DNA of 64,000 nt from Psammoneis japonica (lineage: Eukaryota): NCBI GenBank assembly GCA_008632985.1, contig QPGO01000024.1:248001-312000 (forward strand), written 5' to 3'. Below the pieces are notes generated by a model, which worked only from the letters and a program-made list of their open reading frames with translations, was not told the DNA's origin and ran no database searches. The stretch's first letter is position 1; each line of letters begins with the position of its first letter. Below, piece by piece: positions 24,193-38,086 of this stretch. The translations under genes were made by a program, and so were the position numbers.

Positions 24193-25463
24193 TCAGCATC
24201 CTTCTGGAATTGCCTGAGACCTGGAGCCACGCCCTCCTGTGGTCGTGCTTCCCAGGCACGTGTCAACAACACTGCGTTGCCACGTGCAAGAGGCTTGTGC
24301 ACGGTCTCGCCGTGTTGTCCAGCAGCGAGGCATGCTGCACAGCTCCCAATTGCAGCCAATGAGTCCAACACCGTCGCCTGTGGCATCAATCAACTTGACT
24401 TTTGGATTCTCCACAGCGCAGCATGTCGAATCTTCCGACTTGAGGTCCACATGAATGATCCTGGACCCATCGCGACCACCCAACAAATGAACCTTGTTGA
24501 TTTTCCTAGAGACCTGGATTGGCAAGGGCACGAGGGATGTGGAAGACAGGACCTCAGAGTCACACTGCCTCATTGAAGACAGCTCATCTGAAAGAGCTTC
24601 AAGGCGCTTGCAGACGTCACGGAGTTCATCATCGCCACCGTGGTTTCCCCCTTGGGCAGTGGCTTCATCAAGGAGAACTGCGTGGAGAGCGTCCATGTCC
24701 ATGGAGTGCTGTGGCCACTGGGAAACGCAACTGAGCATCCACCCATTGCTCACAACAGACAGCTGGATGCCAGAAAGGTCCGTGGTGCAAACACCAGATG
24801 GAGCCACAATGACCAACATGACATGATTGGTCTTGGTGACAGAGTCCTTGCAAGTGGCTTGCAAAACCATGGGCTTGAAGCTTTTCCAAGAACCTCCTTG
24901 CCCACCACCACGTGCCTCCATCACAGAAGCAACACCAGCTCCATTCATGACAGCAGCTGCATCGTTGTTGTTTGCAGGAGCTGGAGCCGACACCGTCCGA
25001 CGAGTGCTGTCAAGGCCACCCGAGAACAGCTCTTCGTCGCCGTCGTCGGTGTCTGTGGCCAGATGAAAAAAAAGAACACCGCGCGACGCGGTCAAATGAA
25101 AATGCACGCGCAAGCAACACAGTGACGTCACTCACATTCATTTCGAATGCATGTGCGAACACGGTGAAAATCAAAACTCACCGTCAGGGTTCTCATTGCT
25201 GTCGTTCATCGTTGACGAAGATTGAACCCGGTTTCGTCTTTGAGCCTGTGCAAGCCAGTGCGGAACTTGTCCAGTGGATGGTGCATGAACTCTGCACGCA
25301 TCTGCTGGATCTCTTTTGGCGTCGCTCCAGCGCTTGCCCTCCCATCCATCAGCATCTCCTTCAAGAGTTTGCAGTCGGCAGACCCCTTGCGCCACACTGC
25401 TCGAAGGGGGCCGGCGGCCTCAGTGTCAAGAACCGATTTGGTTCGTTGGTTGAGTTTGGGCAT
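24193..25463 (-). pseudogene. Degenerate accessory ORF, probably of the adjacent PIF/Harbinger element
   Basis: ORFs 25206-25508 (WRKGSADCKLLKEML..PKEIQQMRAEF..PLDKFR) and 24193-25131 are Tyr-free and divergent from the transposase. Harbingers typically carry a second ORF. Confidence 0.45.
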
Positions 25464-26402
25464 GGCTTCTTTGGTTTTCTCTTTTTTATGAGAGGATTGA
25501 TGGTGCACAGTCGAGAGTCGTCAAGATCAGCGTTCGCATTGACGGGCAGCAATGAGAACCCCATTTTTGAATGGGTCACGACCAACTTACCTCACCACTG
25601 TCCGCGGGACACTCTTTTCAAATTTGAACAAATTCCAACCGCCAAAGTGAGATTTGAGAAAACACCAACCGCCAACATTGAGAAAGGGCCTCTTGACAAT
25701 GAAGATTCCCTCAAGACCACACGAAAAATGTTCCGAGACCACACAAAAATCGTTCCCAAATCACACCCAAAACGATTTTCAGCTCCAGAACGATGACTTT
25801 GGACCCACTCAACTGAAGAATGAGTGGCTGAATCCTGAGCTTCGGCGTGTGTTTGCGACAGCACTGATGGCAAACCAGCTCCTGATGTTTATTTTGGCTT
25901 TTCATTGGCATGTTTCCGTGCGCTTTTCGTCCATGAAAAGGCGATTTCATTTTGATTTGTAGAACAAGAATGCTTTTTTAATGCCCCACCAACAACGGAC
26001 CATGGTTGTAAAATTCTGTGTCGCATGTTGCATGTAAACTGCTGTGTCAGTTGAGCCAAGAGCACGCTTTGGAATGGTTGTTCTGCCGTGTTCCGGTTGA
26101 CAAAATGACGCCCAAAGTTGCCCATTGTGAACGTCCCGAAGTCACCATTCGGAAACCACACCCGAATCGCATTTTTTTCGCATTTTCTTCAAACACAACG
26201 GAACCTCACCAAAGGCCTCTTCCAATGAGAACCCCAACTGCATGAAGACGACAAAACATGGTTGTCAAATGTAAAACAACTGCCACTCTAGAGCAGCCAG
26301 CTGGAGACTGGAGACTGGCCACTGGCAGCAGAGACTGGCACAAACGGCGCAACAGAGAAAAGACTGAAGCAACACACTGTGGCACATTGCTGGTTGCTCA
26401 TC

Positions 26403-27320
26403 ATGAGACTGCCCAAAGAGGCCGCAGAGCACTTGGCACAGACGATCATTCAGAAGCCAAAAGGGTCAACTGCAGTGTGGAAACGTCGGTTCGCACCACA
26501 CTTCTGCACCCCAGAAGAAGTGGCACCTGAGTTGTGGGGGCTTCTCCTTGACGACGGGAAAATGCCACGAGGTTTTTTGCCCATTCACATGCTCTGTGCC
26601 CTTTGCTTTCTCAAATTGCACGAATCTGAGACAGTCGTTGCTGGCATCTGTAATAAAATCCATGAAGACACGCTGAGAAAATGGGTTTGGGTCGGAGCTC
26701 AACTCATTGGACAGTTGAATTTGGTGCGCACCATTCCAGATGGGACTTGCATGCATGAAACAAATGGGCTGACACCTTGTTCTTAGATTCGCTGGGAAGA
26801 CCGCTTCATTGATGATGATGGCAGCAGATGTTTGGTGACACTCGACGGCACTGACTTCAGAGTCTACGAGCCATCAAAATTCGATCCAACATGGCTCTCC
26901 CATGAATTCCACGGTGCTGGTCTGCGGCATGAAATTGGAGTGTGCATTCAGACAGGGTGGATTGTTTGGGTCAATGGGCTGCACCCAGCTGGGTTGCCGG
27001 ATCTGAACATTGCTCGTGAATGGATCGTTGAAGAGCTTGAAGATGGCGAGATGCACCCAGCCGACGGTGGCTGCAGCGACGGGAGCCAGCACAGCTCGAC
27101 TCCATCCGGCCTAAGAAATGCAGACGAGGCTGTGAAAACAACAGCAAGGGCAAGGCATGAGGCTGTCAATGGATGGTTCGAGCGTTTCGGAACACTTGAC
27201 AAAAGATGCCGCCACGCGAAGGAAACACATTGCCACGTGTTTCATGCCGTGGCCAACATCACACAGTTGGCCCTCATGATGGGTTGCTCACCATTTGATG
27301 TGGATTGTTTTGACAACTAA
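26403..27320 (+). mobile_element. PIF/Harbinger DDE transposase, mutated (likely intron ~26723-26787)
   Basis: VTLDGTDFRVYEP, SHEFHGAGLRHEIGVCIQTGWIVWVNG, ADGGCSDG and RARHEAVNGWFERFGTL. Positions expected to be Tyr read as His/Cys. Confidence 0.85.
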
Positions 27321-28414
27321 AATTAACAGTGGAAAGCATGTTGTCGCCAAGATGATGTTGCCGTGAACGTTCCTTAATCTCATTGTCGATGCAACGCCTC
27401 GCGAGTTCGATCGCGAGCAAAAGCGAACCCCTCCTCCCCACCACAGGCAGCCTGCAGCAGCGCCCTACAGCACTGTCATAGGGCCCACAGCATGCGCCGG
27501 ACTGCATCTCCGTGACGCACGGGCGGGTGGCGGCAGCGCGCCCGGGGATGAAAATGCACCCACCGATGACGCAATTGTGACGTGTGCTTCACGCGCTTTT
27601 TCGTGGTAAGCCTTGCGGGGTGCAGACAGACGCCGGCAGTGCATCAGCGCATGCATTTTTTATTTCTGATGATTCCGCGCGCAGATGATGGGGATATCAT
27701 GCCGTACGACAGAGATGCCGATGCCGAGCTTCAAAACCACACTCTTGTCTCACACCCATTGAAGCTTGTGGTTGGTTGACTCCATTTCTCTTCAACCAAA
27801 AGCACTCACTTTTTCCTCTCGCATGGCAAATTTCAAGATTCTCAGCAACAAAAATCAAAAGCACAAAACAGCCCTCTGTTCGTTTCCACGACAGACACAC
27901 CCAGCATGACAACTGGCAGACAAGATGATGATGTTGTTTGCGGGGCAATGCGGCAGACAAACAATGCTACAAAAAAAGCTGCCGCGTGTCACATCATCCG
28001 TGCCATCAAGCAGCAGTGCAACAATTGTTTTTTCCTGCAACTCCCGGTACTGATAGAGATAAAAGGTACGCAGTACCAACCACAAATCAGATTTTCAAAA
28101 ATTTGAAAAAGAGATGATTCGAGCTAAAGATCGTCTCACACTCCAACATCGTCCGAGTTTTCCCTTCGTTTTCTTTGCTGAAGAAGACAATAAGATGCTA
28201 CACATGGTGATGGAAGAGTGCTGCCATACCCGCGTTAGACCTGGAGGCAGGCTTGCAATGTTGAGCTATCACGGCATGGAAACGTGTAGAAACGAATACG
28301 AGTTACCGAAGACGAACTAAAAAACAATCCAAGATAGCCAGGAGTGCGACGCTGCTGCAGAAAGGGTAGAAACGATAAAACATTAGCGTTGGCTATAGAT
28401 ATCATCAAAGCACG

Positions 28415-30858
28415 TCACGCTAACACAAACTTGGTGCTCTCATTGTCATCGCCGTCATCCGTAGCAACTCCAGAATTCTTCTGTTTCAGATATTCATCAA
28501 CGAATTCGTCGCCGCCTGGCAGATCCCCGGCTTCTCCCGATCCCTTTTGGCCGTTTGGGGAGATTTCTTCGTCCTCGCGTCGTTCATCGGTTTCGTCCGT
28601 TTCTTCAACATACTCGACAATGCATTCGTGGTCGGAAACCATTCGGTATCTTGCCTTCTTTGGCCGCTCTTTAGGAGGGATCTTTTTTGGCTTGATCCGC
28701 GGATCGCGATTGCCAATAGCATTGCGGGGTATCAGGCGTTTAAGAGTATTCGCCAAGTACTGTATCTCGAGGTCTGACTCCTTTCTCATTTCCTTAGCTC
28801 GTCGATCTCGCTCAGCGAGATCTTTTATGGAATCCAATTCCTCTTTCGCGTCTCGTGCATTGTAAATATCTCTTGCACGAAAGACTGCGCTTTTTGCAGC
28901 CCGAGCACTCAATCTCCAGAGAGACGGTTCTTCGCCATCCTCCAAGTCGGTCCAATGATCAAACTCATAATTCAATCCAATGCCAAAAGTTCTCCATACA
29001 GCAACACCAAGAGGGTCCTGACAAAAAAAACGAAAGAGAAATTAGGCCGATTACTCCATGCGACTATGCGAAGAAGGCATTGTTGTAAATGCCGCCCTGG
29101 CTTCTCTTCGTACCTGGAACTCCTTCGACTTGTAGTCGGCTTCATGTTTAGCAGCGAGTCTTTCCATTTGTGCAGTAAGGTTGCGAGGGTTAATCGGGCC
29201 CACGACTTTCGGGTTTTCAGCAAACATTTTTACGTAGTCTGGAATCGATTTCCAAAACTCTTTCCTTTGTCGTTCACGAGCTTGTCGCCTTACTGATCCA
29301 TGAAAGAAGAGCCAATCAAACAGCATAAGACCAGCACGGGATGAAACCTCGGACACGGGTTCTGGCTCTCTCCAATCCCAGTCCCAGCGCCACTTATAAT
29401 GAGCGTTCGTTGAGTTCGTGCGCGCCTCGTACCGAAGTATGTCTTTTGTATCTTGTTCGTAAGCACCAGAGAACCCATGGCTATATGTGATACTTGCAAT
29501 TCTTTTTATCGCCACCAAGTGCCAAATTGGACTGCGCTTTCGATTGTACGTGAAGCAGAGCAAAAGAGGTGTGATGGGAATTTACGCGGGGATCCGGAAT
29601 GAGGAATAATGAAGAGGTACGCTTACCCAATAAGAGAAAGAAAGAGACTAAGCCCGACAGTCCCACGAGCAGCTCCATTTAGGATGCGACGATGAATTAA
29701 AGGAGCTGCGGTTATTTTCTTTGGAAGTGCGCCGCTGAAAATCAATTTAAGGGACGAGATCAGAGACGGTACCCAAGATCTGGGTTGCCGTAGGAGCGTT
29801 GGATAAGCCAAACAAGCTTTGGCTAAGTCGCATGCAATACCCAATGGGAGCGTGATTTTGGCGGCTCGGATTAACGTTAACAATCGAACTCTGTATCGCT
29901 CCATTGGGCGCGGTTGTTTATCAGATTTCAAGTTCCAATAGAGTTCTGGATACTGATGAAATGACAACGCCATGGCGATACGATTCAGTAGTTGCGAAAT
30001 AGTGCCAATCCAGCAAAAGGTCGATGCGCTCTTGGAGTACATTGGCTTTGGGAAGAGCCATCTCAGAACACCAAACACTGCAATGCCCTTGACACATGAC
30101 ATACACAGCTCTAGTAAGCACAAAACGCCATCGGAACAAGTTGTTTCTGGGTCTTGCCAAGGAAGTTGCTCGTCTATCTCATTTGTTGTATGAAATCTCA
30201 GAAAACCCAATTCATCAATTTTTCTATGCCCCGGGAAAGTCGGGGGAGGCGCTGATTGGGATCGACGATACGACCAAAGCATGAGTAGTGGCCACCACAC
30301 GACAACTAACCAAAAGTGCCAATCCATTATCCTTATCGTCAGTCTCGACAACATCAATAGAGTACCATTTTTAGCCGTCGAACCAAGCCCCATGATTAGG
30401 AATGTTGTAACACACAGGGTTGGAAGACACTTCAAAAACAAGGCCAAGATGAGTGGATTCGACACAAAGTCGTTTACAGGAAGTTGTTGCGCAGCATACA
30501 TGTCCAAGTCCTGTTTGTGTTCATACATTCGTTTGTATATCGGTGCATCAGCATAAGAAATGGCGCGCTCCAATCGATCGAAATCATCGTAGACATTTCC
30601 TACTTTCCAACCTCGCTCGTTGAGACTGTCGGTACCTGCTTCATCCTTTGCGAGTCGGAGGCGTGAGGTGTTGCACTTTTTTGACAACTTGTTGAGTTGG
30701 ACTTTGTGTGGAGAGAAAATTATCTGTGTCCCTGGAGTCCATGAGGCCAACGCCATGCCGAAGAGGAGTTTGCCTCGTTCAAAGCAAAGTGCAATCAGCC
30801 ACAGCACAAGACATCTTTGGAGATGATACCTTACTTCACCACATCTTCTGAGCTTCAT
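28415..30858 (-). CDS. Hypothetical multi-exon membrane protein
   Basis: Chain of minus-strand ORFs of normal composition (29623-30885, 29290-29499, 29051-29563, 28415-28975) with hydrophobic segments. Family not recognised and exon structure uncertain. Confidence 0.5.
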
Positions 30859-31394
30859 TCTTCTCGTGTCGATACCGACCGTCAATAATTGTACCGGTAC
30901 TGCAACTACCGTAAAGAAGCCTAATTCCGTTCGAGGGATAGCACAAGAAGGCAGTTAATGGATATTCAAATATTAGCTCATGATGGATTTACTCGCCGAT
31001 TCAAAATGTTTCGTCATTGTCGATCCCAAGATCTGCGGGTGATGATGAGAATGTTGAATTCCAGAATGTGCTTTCGCTTGAAACGTGTACATCTCAGTAC
31101 TCATCTACGTGAAAGAGCTCGTGGTAGGTCGAAATTTCGCTGCAACGATTGCATACGGTACATAGATCCGGAATCTTTTCAAAACATTAAATTCGAGCTC
31201 GTGGCCCCCGGCTGTCTCGCTTGCTTTCGCGCGCGCCCCGCGGGCCGCCATCCGCCACGCACATCATGATGACGATGGTGCGATGAGACATGAGCAAGAC
31301 CGACGATGGCGAGCTGCGGCGGTAAGAGGTTGCAGCAACACCACGCAACACCGTCTTCGAGTTGTCAGCCATTATTTTCCGTTTTACGAACAAC

Positions 31395-33101
31395 ATGCCA
31401 CCGCAAGAAACATTGCTTAGTGCGGAGGCACAACGCGAGTCGTTGAGAGAACCTCTAGTTACTTCAGCACAGAACGACGAACCGGAAACAGATCGTAGCC
31501 CCAACATCCGCTGGATCCTCTCCTATACTCTGTTTGCGTTTGCTGGAAGAGCCATTTGGTATCAAAGTGTGCTGAGTACATATTGCTACTTGCTTCAGAA
31601 TGACAATCCTGAATCGGTCGGCTTCATCACGTCCGTCATGGGAATATGCCAACTCTTGGCATCGATACCAACTGGCGTTGTCGCTGATCGGTGGAGTCCA
31701 TCTCATGGAAGACGTCGGGATTTGTTGCTAAGAATTGCTGCTGTGATTGGATTGACTGCAGTTGGAATGACTTCGTTTTCAGTTTATAGAGAGAGCTACA
31801 TGCTCCTTGCTTCCGCTTTGGCATTGTGGGGTGTAGTGTACGGTGTGGTCAATACAGCCTTGACTGCAATGTTTGCAGATTCGATTGATAACGGAGAACG
31901 TTCAAAATACTTTACACAGCGCTCAATACTGATCAAGCTGGGTAATACCATGGGCCCAGCTGTGTCTTTGATTCTCTTTGCCTTCCTGGGAGACAAGTGG
32001 TCGATTCGGGACTGTTCGATTGTCATGGTGGTAGGACAAGTGATTTGTTTGCCCAGCATGGTCCTCTTGTGCTGCCCCAGCGATAAGCACGTGGTTCTCC
32101 CTGTTGATTCCAGAGAAGAATCATCATGCGAGCCGAACGACACCATGGACGTCGTTTCACCGAGCAACACCTTTTTGACGACTCACGTCGACATGAATAC
32201 TATAGATGATTCGCCTCCTTTGTTGTTGCTACCGTCACCAAACTCCCCCGAGTCGAATGTAATGGAGGATGACGATTTCATGGCATGTTGTGAATCTGGT
32301 GGCGACAAAATCGACAGTTCCTTCCTGATTTCGAGCATACCGGGCGAGTCACAGTCTGAAGGGTTGCATGAAGAGCGCGGCTCGTTTTGCTTTTGCCAAG
32401 GACGGATGATTCCTATATTGGTGGCTGTAGCAGACATCATTTCAGGATTGGCCTCCGGCATGTCGATACGCTATTTCCCTATTTTCTTTTACGAAAACTT
32501 GAGACTCGGCCCAGTGATTGTTCAAGTGCTGGGAATTGCTTGTCCACTCGCAGGCACGATGCTGTCACATTTTGCTCAGCACTGGTCTTTGAAGATCGGC
32601 CCGTGTCGCATGGCTTGTATTTACAAATGGATAGGGTTAGCATGCATGGTTTCCATGATTGCATCCTACAAACTATCGTGGCCCACCTGGTGCACTTGTG
32701 TCTTGTATGTTTTGCGGACATCCTTTATGAATTCGACGTCTGCTCTCACCAAGAGTGTCATGATGGATAGTGTACCATCTAGTGAACGTGGGAAGTGGAG
32801 TGCGCTTGAGTCCGTAAACATGTTTTCTTGATCGGGTAGTGCAGCCTTGGGTGGAATCATGGTGGGTCTCAATGGTATCTTGTTTAACTTTTGCATTACC
32901 GCAAGTCTACAATTCGTGGCGACTATGCCTCTTGTTGTCTTGTTTACGAGATTCGAAAGACAGGATCGTAACGAGGAACCTCAAGGTGCAACGTCGGATT
33001 GCGCAAGCGCAAGCGATAATTGCGCCGACGAAGGCCCTCTGTTTCCACACTTTACAAATGACGACCGTTTCAGGGTATATCGTCCCTCCGCGTCGACTTA
33101 G
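31395..33101 (+). CDS. MFS transporter with an in-frame TGA at 32829-32831
   Basis: Multiple TM segments, PTGVVADRW and MMDSVPSSERGKWSALESV. The reading frame continues after the TGA (SGSAALGGIMVG...). Confidence 0.8.
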
Positions 33102-33920
33102 ACCCAGCTCGCAACAGAAAGTGAAACGATGTATTGGAATAGAGAGCGATGCCTTACTCTGCAGTCCTCCAGGTGGATGTCTCGTTTTGCAATACTTTTG
33201 AGGGGCTGAGGAAGACGCAAACCGTAGCGCAAGCACGATGTATTTGCTAATTTGTTCTCGGCAATGACTGGAGCAGGACGATTGTGACTGAATAGGCCTC
33301 GCACGACAGGGCGAAGGATCTTGAAATTCGCATTCTGCCAATGCTACTCATTGCTTTCCTGAAGTCCGCGTGGTCTGTATCGTTGATCTTGGAAAAGGCA
33401 CTTCAACAAGGTCTCATGTCAGATGTCTCGAATAGAACGTTCGAATTCGATCAGGCTCTGCTGCAGTACAGCTGCATCTGTTGCTCATCCACCACTCTCT
33501 ATGATTGTCTCAGTAGATGGAGCTTCTCGTCGGCGAAAGCTGGACGACTGAAACAACAACGGCCTCTCCGAATATTACCTACCGGTAGGCCTAGATTGAA
33601 AGACAGATGTACGTAGCCTAGACAACACGCCCATACTGAAATTTGAGGAAACTTTTTGTGCTTGAGGGCAGCCTCGAAGGGACCTTGGATCTGAGGCTGT
33701 ACGTAAGGCGGGAAGCTCGTGCTTGCTGCATGGACCCGCGTTAGTAAAAAGGGCAGATGACAACATTGGGCAGGAATCCATGACGATTCGTGGACACAAC
33801 ATACGGTATCATAAGAGTATAACAAACTGCGTCTTATAATCGCACACAGAGGTGCCTTTTCTTCTGTTATATATGATGCATCTTGGAAACAAAATCGTAT
33901 CCAGCTATCCCAACATCTAT

Positions 33921-35082
33921 TTAGTTGCGGCGAAACTCTTCTGGAAGGTTATCAGGAAGCCATCCCATCTCCTCTAGGTTCTTCTTCATCCGCTGGAAGC
34001 AGAGTTCATAGGCCGTTTTGATATCGTTGATGACGACTCCCTTCGGCATATCTCGCATCAACTTCGTCGTATCCAGTTCGTTGTTGGATCGAGGAGCCTT
34101 GATGACTTGAGCCTGTTCTTCCACCGTAAAGTTTTTGTAGGTATAAGTGGGGTCAATGTATTTCTTGTATAGTTCAAGCACCTCATTGTGACTAATGACG
34201 CCGGGATTGGTGAAGTTGTAGATTCCGGTGAGTCCAGCCGTTGCCATGGCAAGAGAGGCTGGAAGCATCTCGTGAAGAATCGTCATGGAATTTGGGATGT
34301 TCACAACTTTCTCGTACTTGACGATCTTGGTGACAAAGCTCCTATGAATCAGGTCGTCCGAAATGGGCATTCTCACGCGGAGGATTAGCACATTGGGATA
34401 GCAAGCGAGCATGGGCTCCATGTATCCCTTGGTTTCGCTATAGAACGACCCATCGAAATTGGGCTTATCCTCTTCCGTAAAGCCGATACCAGAACCTTCA
34501 GGATGTTTTTCGTCGTAAACAAAGATGCATCCAGTAGCATAGACAGTGCAGTGAATACCGCGAAGGTTACAGAGATCAGCTACGTTGAGCGTTCCAATGA
34601 CATTGGTTCGGATCGTTTCGGGCTTATGGTCCTCACACCAGTCAATGTTGGGACGACCCGTGATACCAGCAGCCATGAAGACGTGACTGGGTTTGACTGC
34701 GTCGAGCTCCTTGGCCACGTCTTCGCGATTCTCAATCCTTGCGTCGGCCTTTACAACTTCAATACCTGTTCGGTACAGTACGAGAGATCCAGAAGGCAAG
34801 AGGCAAGCACAGGAGTAAGCAAAGATATGGATGGAAGACATACACATGACAAGCTTGTTCTCGACTTCCAAGTCGCTGGAAAAGGCGTCTGCCCCCCAAA
34901 AAAATGCTAATCGGTATGCTCAAGCGACTCGGATAGCTCTCAGATTTCATCGACTGACTCCAAGAGCATTGACGACGTTGTGACTTACCCTCCTTCTTCA
35001 CGAGGTCATACATCAATCCACCGATCCAACCTGTATGGCCTCCATAGATGAGAACTTTGGTCATCGGCGTAGCAGCGGTCAT
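33921..35082 (-). CDS. Bifunctional NDP-4-dehydrorhamnose 3,5-epimerase/reductase (NRS/ER)
   Basis: VLIYGGHTGWIGG, AAGITGRPNIDWCEDHK, SFYSETK, LRVRMPIS and APRSNNELD. Intron 34766-34988. Confidence 0.92.
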
Positions 35083-35303
35083 GGTAAAGGCAAACGGCGT
35101 TCAATGAAGTGGTTGTTGCTTTTTGCTTTTTGCGTGGGCGGCGACCGTTGAAAATGACTCCATTACTTTATATTCAGTGACTAAGATGAAAGATAAACTA
35201 AACGAGCTACGCGAGCTCCAATCTTTCCAATCTTCGCACCTTCAAAGCAAGGTTGGACAAGAAAATAGAAAATGGCTAAAACCTAAAGATTACCGTAGAG
35301 CTG

Positions 35304-38086
35304 TTACATTACAACACAGCACACGACGCCAGGTGGACATCCTAAGGCACCTGCCAAGCCACCAGCACTGTTCTGAGCACCCGAAGCTGCTGCGGCTGCA
35401 TGATCCCCAGACTCGTTTCCATCGTCGTCAGGGGCGTACCCAAGTTTCACAACATCCGCAAGTTTGGTGATTGTCGTCGATTCCCGGAAAAGATATTCGT
35501 CGGAGAGCTTAGTGGCATACTGTGCCTCAATTTGGCCTTTGAACTGAGAAATACTCAAACTATCGAGGATCGTGGAGAGAGCGACATCCCTTCGAATCGA
35601 TTCGGGGGGGACTTGCGCAATCCGAGCAACATCATCTACTAATTTCGAAACAATATCCTTCTTCTCCATGGCACGGATATCCTTGGGATCTATTCTCATC
35701 TTTGCAGAAGCACTCGCCGCAATTGGTGTGGATTCCACTTCCATTGGTGACACGGACTCCTTGAATCCCTTCTTGTACACGGTGTCCAATGTATCTGCCA
35801 CAAATGCTTTTCGGCACCAGGAACGAGCAATTTTTCCGCTTGTAGTTTTTGGAACGGTTCGGGTTTTTAGAAGATATATTTTGGAAATAGCCAGCGAATG
35901 CTCCTCAAGGATGGCAGCCTGAACACCGTTCACGATCGGAGCACAAATCTCATCGGCATCCTGGGCATCACATATCAAAACCCGATTGAGGTCTACGCAT
36001 GTCGCGTATTGCAAAAACCATTAACAAACATGTTCTTCTCACCTTTGGCTTTGGCACATCCCGAAGTTCCATTAGTAGTGCGACTTGTTCGTCTCCTTGG
36101 CCGGTGGGGTCAATCGTGAATGCCGCCGAACACCCCGGACGAACGGAAGACGATGCGGTAGCTTCAGCGGTTGCCTCAATATCTTGGGGATAGTAATTAC
36201 GCCCGCCCACGATGATCAAGTCCTTCAGACGACCACAGATGAAAAGCTCCCTGTTATGAAGAAAGCCTAAATCACCGGTTCGCAAATATCCTGTAGAAGC
36301 AACAGCCTCACTCTTTGTTCCAGCTATTTGACCATGAAAGTCCTCTGCTGTAGCTTCCTCGTTGCCGTAATAGCCTGCTGCCTTACTTGGAGAATCAATC
36401 CAGACTTCTCCAACTGTATCCTCTCCGAGCTGTTCCATTGTTTCCGTAGAGACAATACGAACATCAACTCTCTGTCGATGAGGATAACCACAGCCCAAAA
36501 GCTTGGTAACCTCTGTTGTAGAATTGTCTTGCTCTACCAAAACAACTTTGTCATTAACCTCAAGCTCGTGCTTCGAAAGCCTCAATTTCTGTGTACCTCC
36601 AGAACACACAAAAACGGTGTGTTCTGCGAGTCCGTACGTGGGATAAATTACTTGTTTCAGCCCAAACTGACCAAATTGTTTGTAAAAAGAAAGAATACTG
36701 TCTTCGTCGACCGGCTCCGCACCATTTATAATGTGACGCACACTGGACAAGTCTAGTTTGTCCTTGTACTCTGCAGCAACTAGTTTTCGTGACGCGAGCT
36801 TAAACGCAAAGTTTGGGGCTTGTAAATGAGTTGCCCTGTACTCGGAGACGGCCTCCAACCACAGCATGGGGCGCGATAGAAAGGAAAGCGGTGACATGTA
36901 GTATCCTGAGCCACCACAGTACAAGACACCGAGATACGAGCCTATGGACCAGCAACAAAACGACTTTAAGTCCCAAAGTGCAGATGAAACAGGAGCCTAC
37001 TCCTCCGTTCGTTTGCGACTTACCAATCAACCCCATGTCATGGTACTGTGGCAGCCAGCTCACGACTACGGTGTCGTCTACTGCCTTCAATTCGTTTGTA
37101 ATAATAGAAAGATTGTGCCCCAGGTTGCCATGAGTCTACGTGTAAGACATTGGACGGGGCATGAGATACAGCACGTCGAAACGGGCAGTCAACATCAGCT
37201 CACTGTTCATCACTTACAATCATAACGCCTTTTGGTTCACTTGTCGACCCAGATGTGTATTGTAAGAAGGCGGGCTGGACAAACATACCCATAAAAAGGG
37301 AGTAAGCGTCCACTACAATCAACCTGGGTAAACCGACTACTGCAAAGAACTTACATCTGAAGGCAACCGTGTGTATTCCTCGGCTACTTGAGGTGCGTTT
37401 GACGAAGAATCTTTCTTATTCGTAATTATCCAGTCCAGGTCGTCTGGCCAAGCTGTACCGACTCGTTTCAATTTTTGAATGGAATCTTTGATGCCTGCGT
37501 AATAGTCATCAGTTACAGGGCGGCGACGAATGAGACACAGCACGTTCAACAAAGAAAACTAACACAGGATCATTCACTGCTCACCCGCGACTTTTTTAAT
37601 GTGATTGTAAGAAACGTTTGTAAGGACATGTTTTGCACCGCATCCCTTGACGATTCTTGAAAACATTAGCAAGGTATCTTTTCTCGTTGGATTGGGGGGG
37701 AAAACCGGTACAGCCACAATTCCAGCCTTGAGACAAGCGATAAATCCCACCATGAAATCAAGGGACGGAGGATACACCAACACGGCTCTTCCAGCCAGTC
37801 ACCGCCATGCATAGCAACAGAACAAACAATTAGCTGAAGCAAAACAAAGCAGAAATGAGGAGAGCTCCCGTGTCAAAACTTCTCACCTGTCTCCTTTTTT
37901 CAGTCCACTTTTTAACAAACGTGCGGCAAGAGAACTTGTTTCTGATGCCAACTCCTTGTAGCTGAGTTGATTCTCCACCTTTCCCGCATTGGGTCCAGCA
38001 GCGAGAAACGTGACGGCAGTTTTGTCCGAGAATTTATCAACATTCTTCTCGAAACGGTCTAACAAGAGCTCTGGATGTTCACCCAT
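35304..38086 (-). CDS. Fatty acyl-AMP ligase with C-terminal acyl carrier protein domain, multi-exon
   Basis: YTSGST, VSWLPQYHDMGLIG, APNFAF, YGLAEHT, LRTGDLGF, GRLKDLII and PKTTSGKI. ACP-type LDSLS motif. Ends in CCVVM. Confidence 0.88.
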
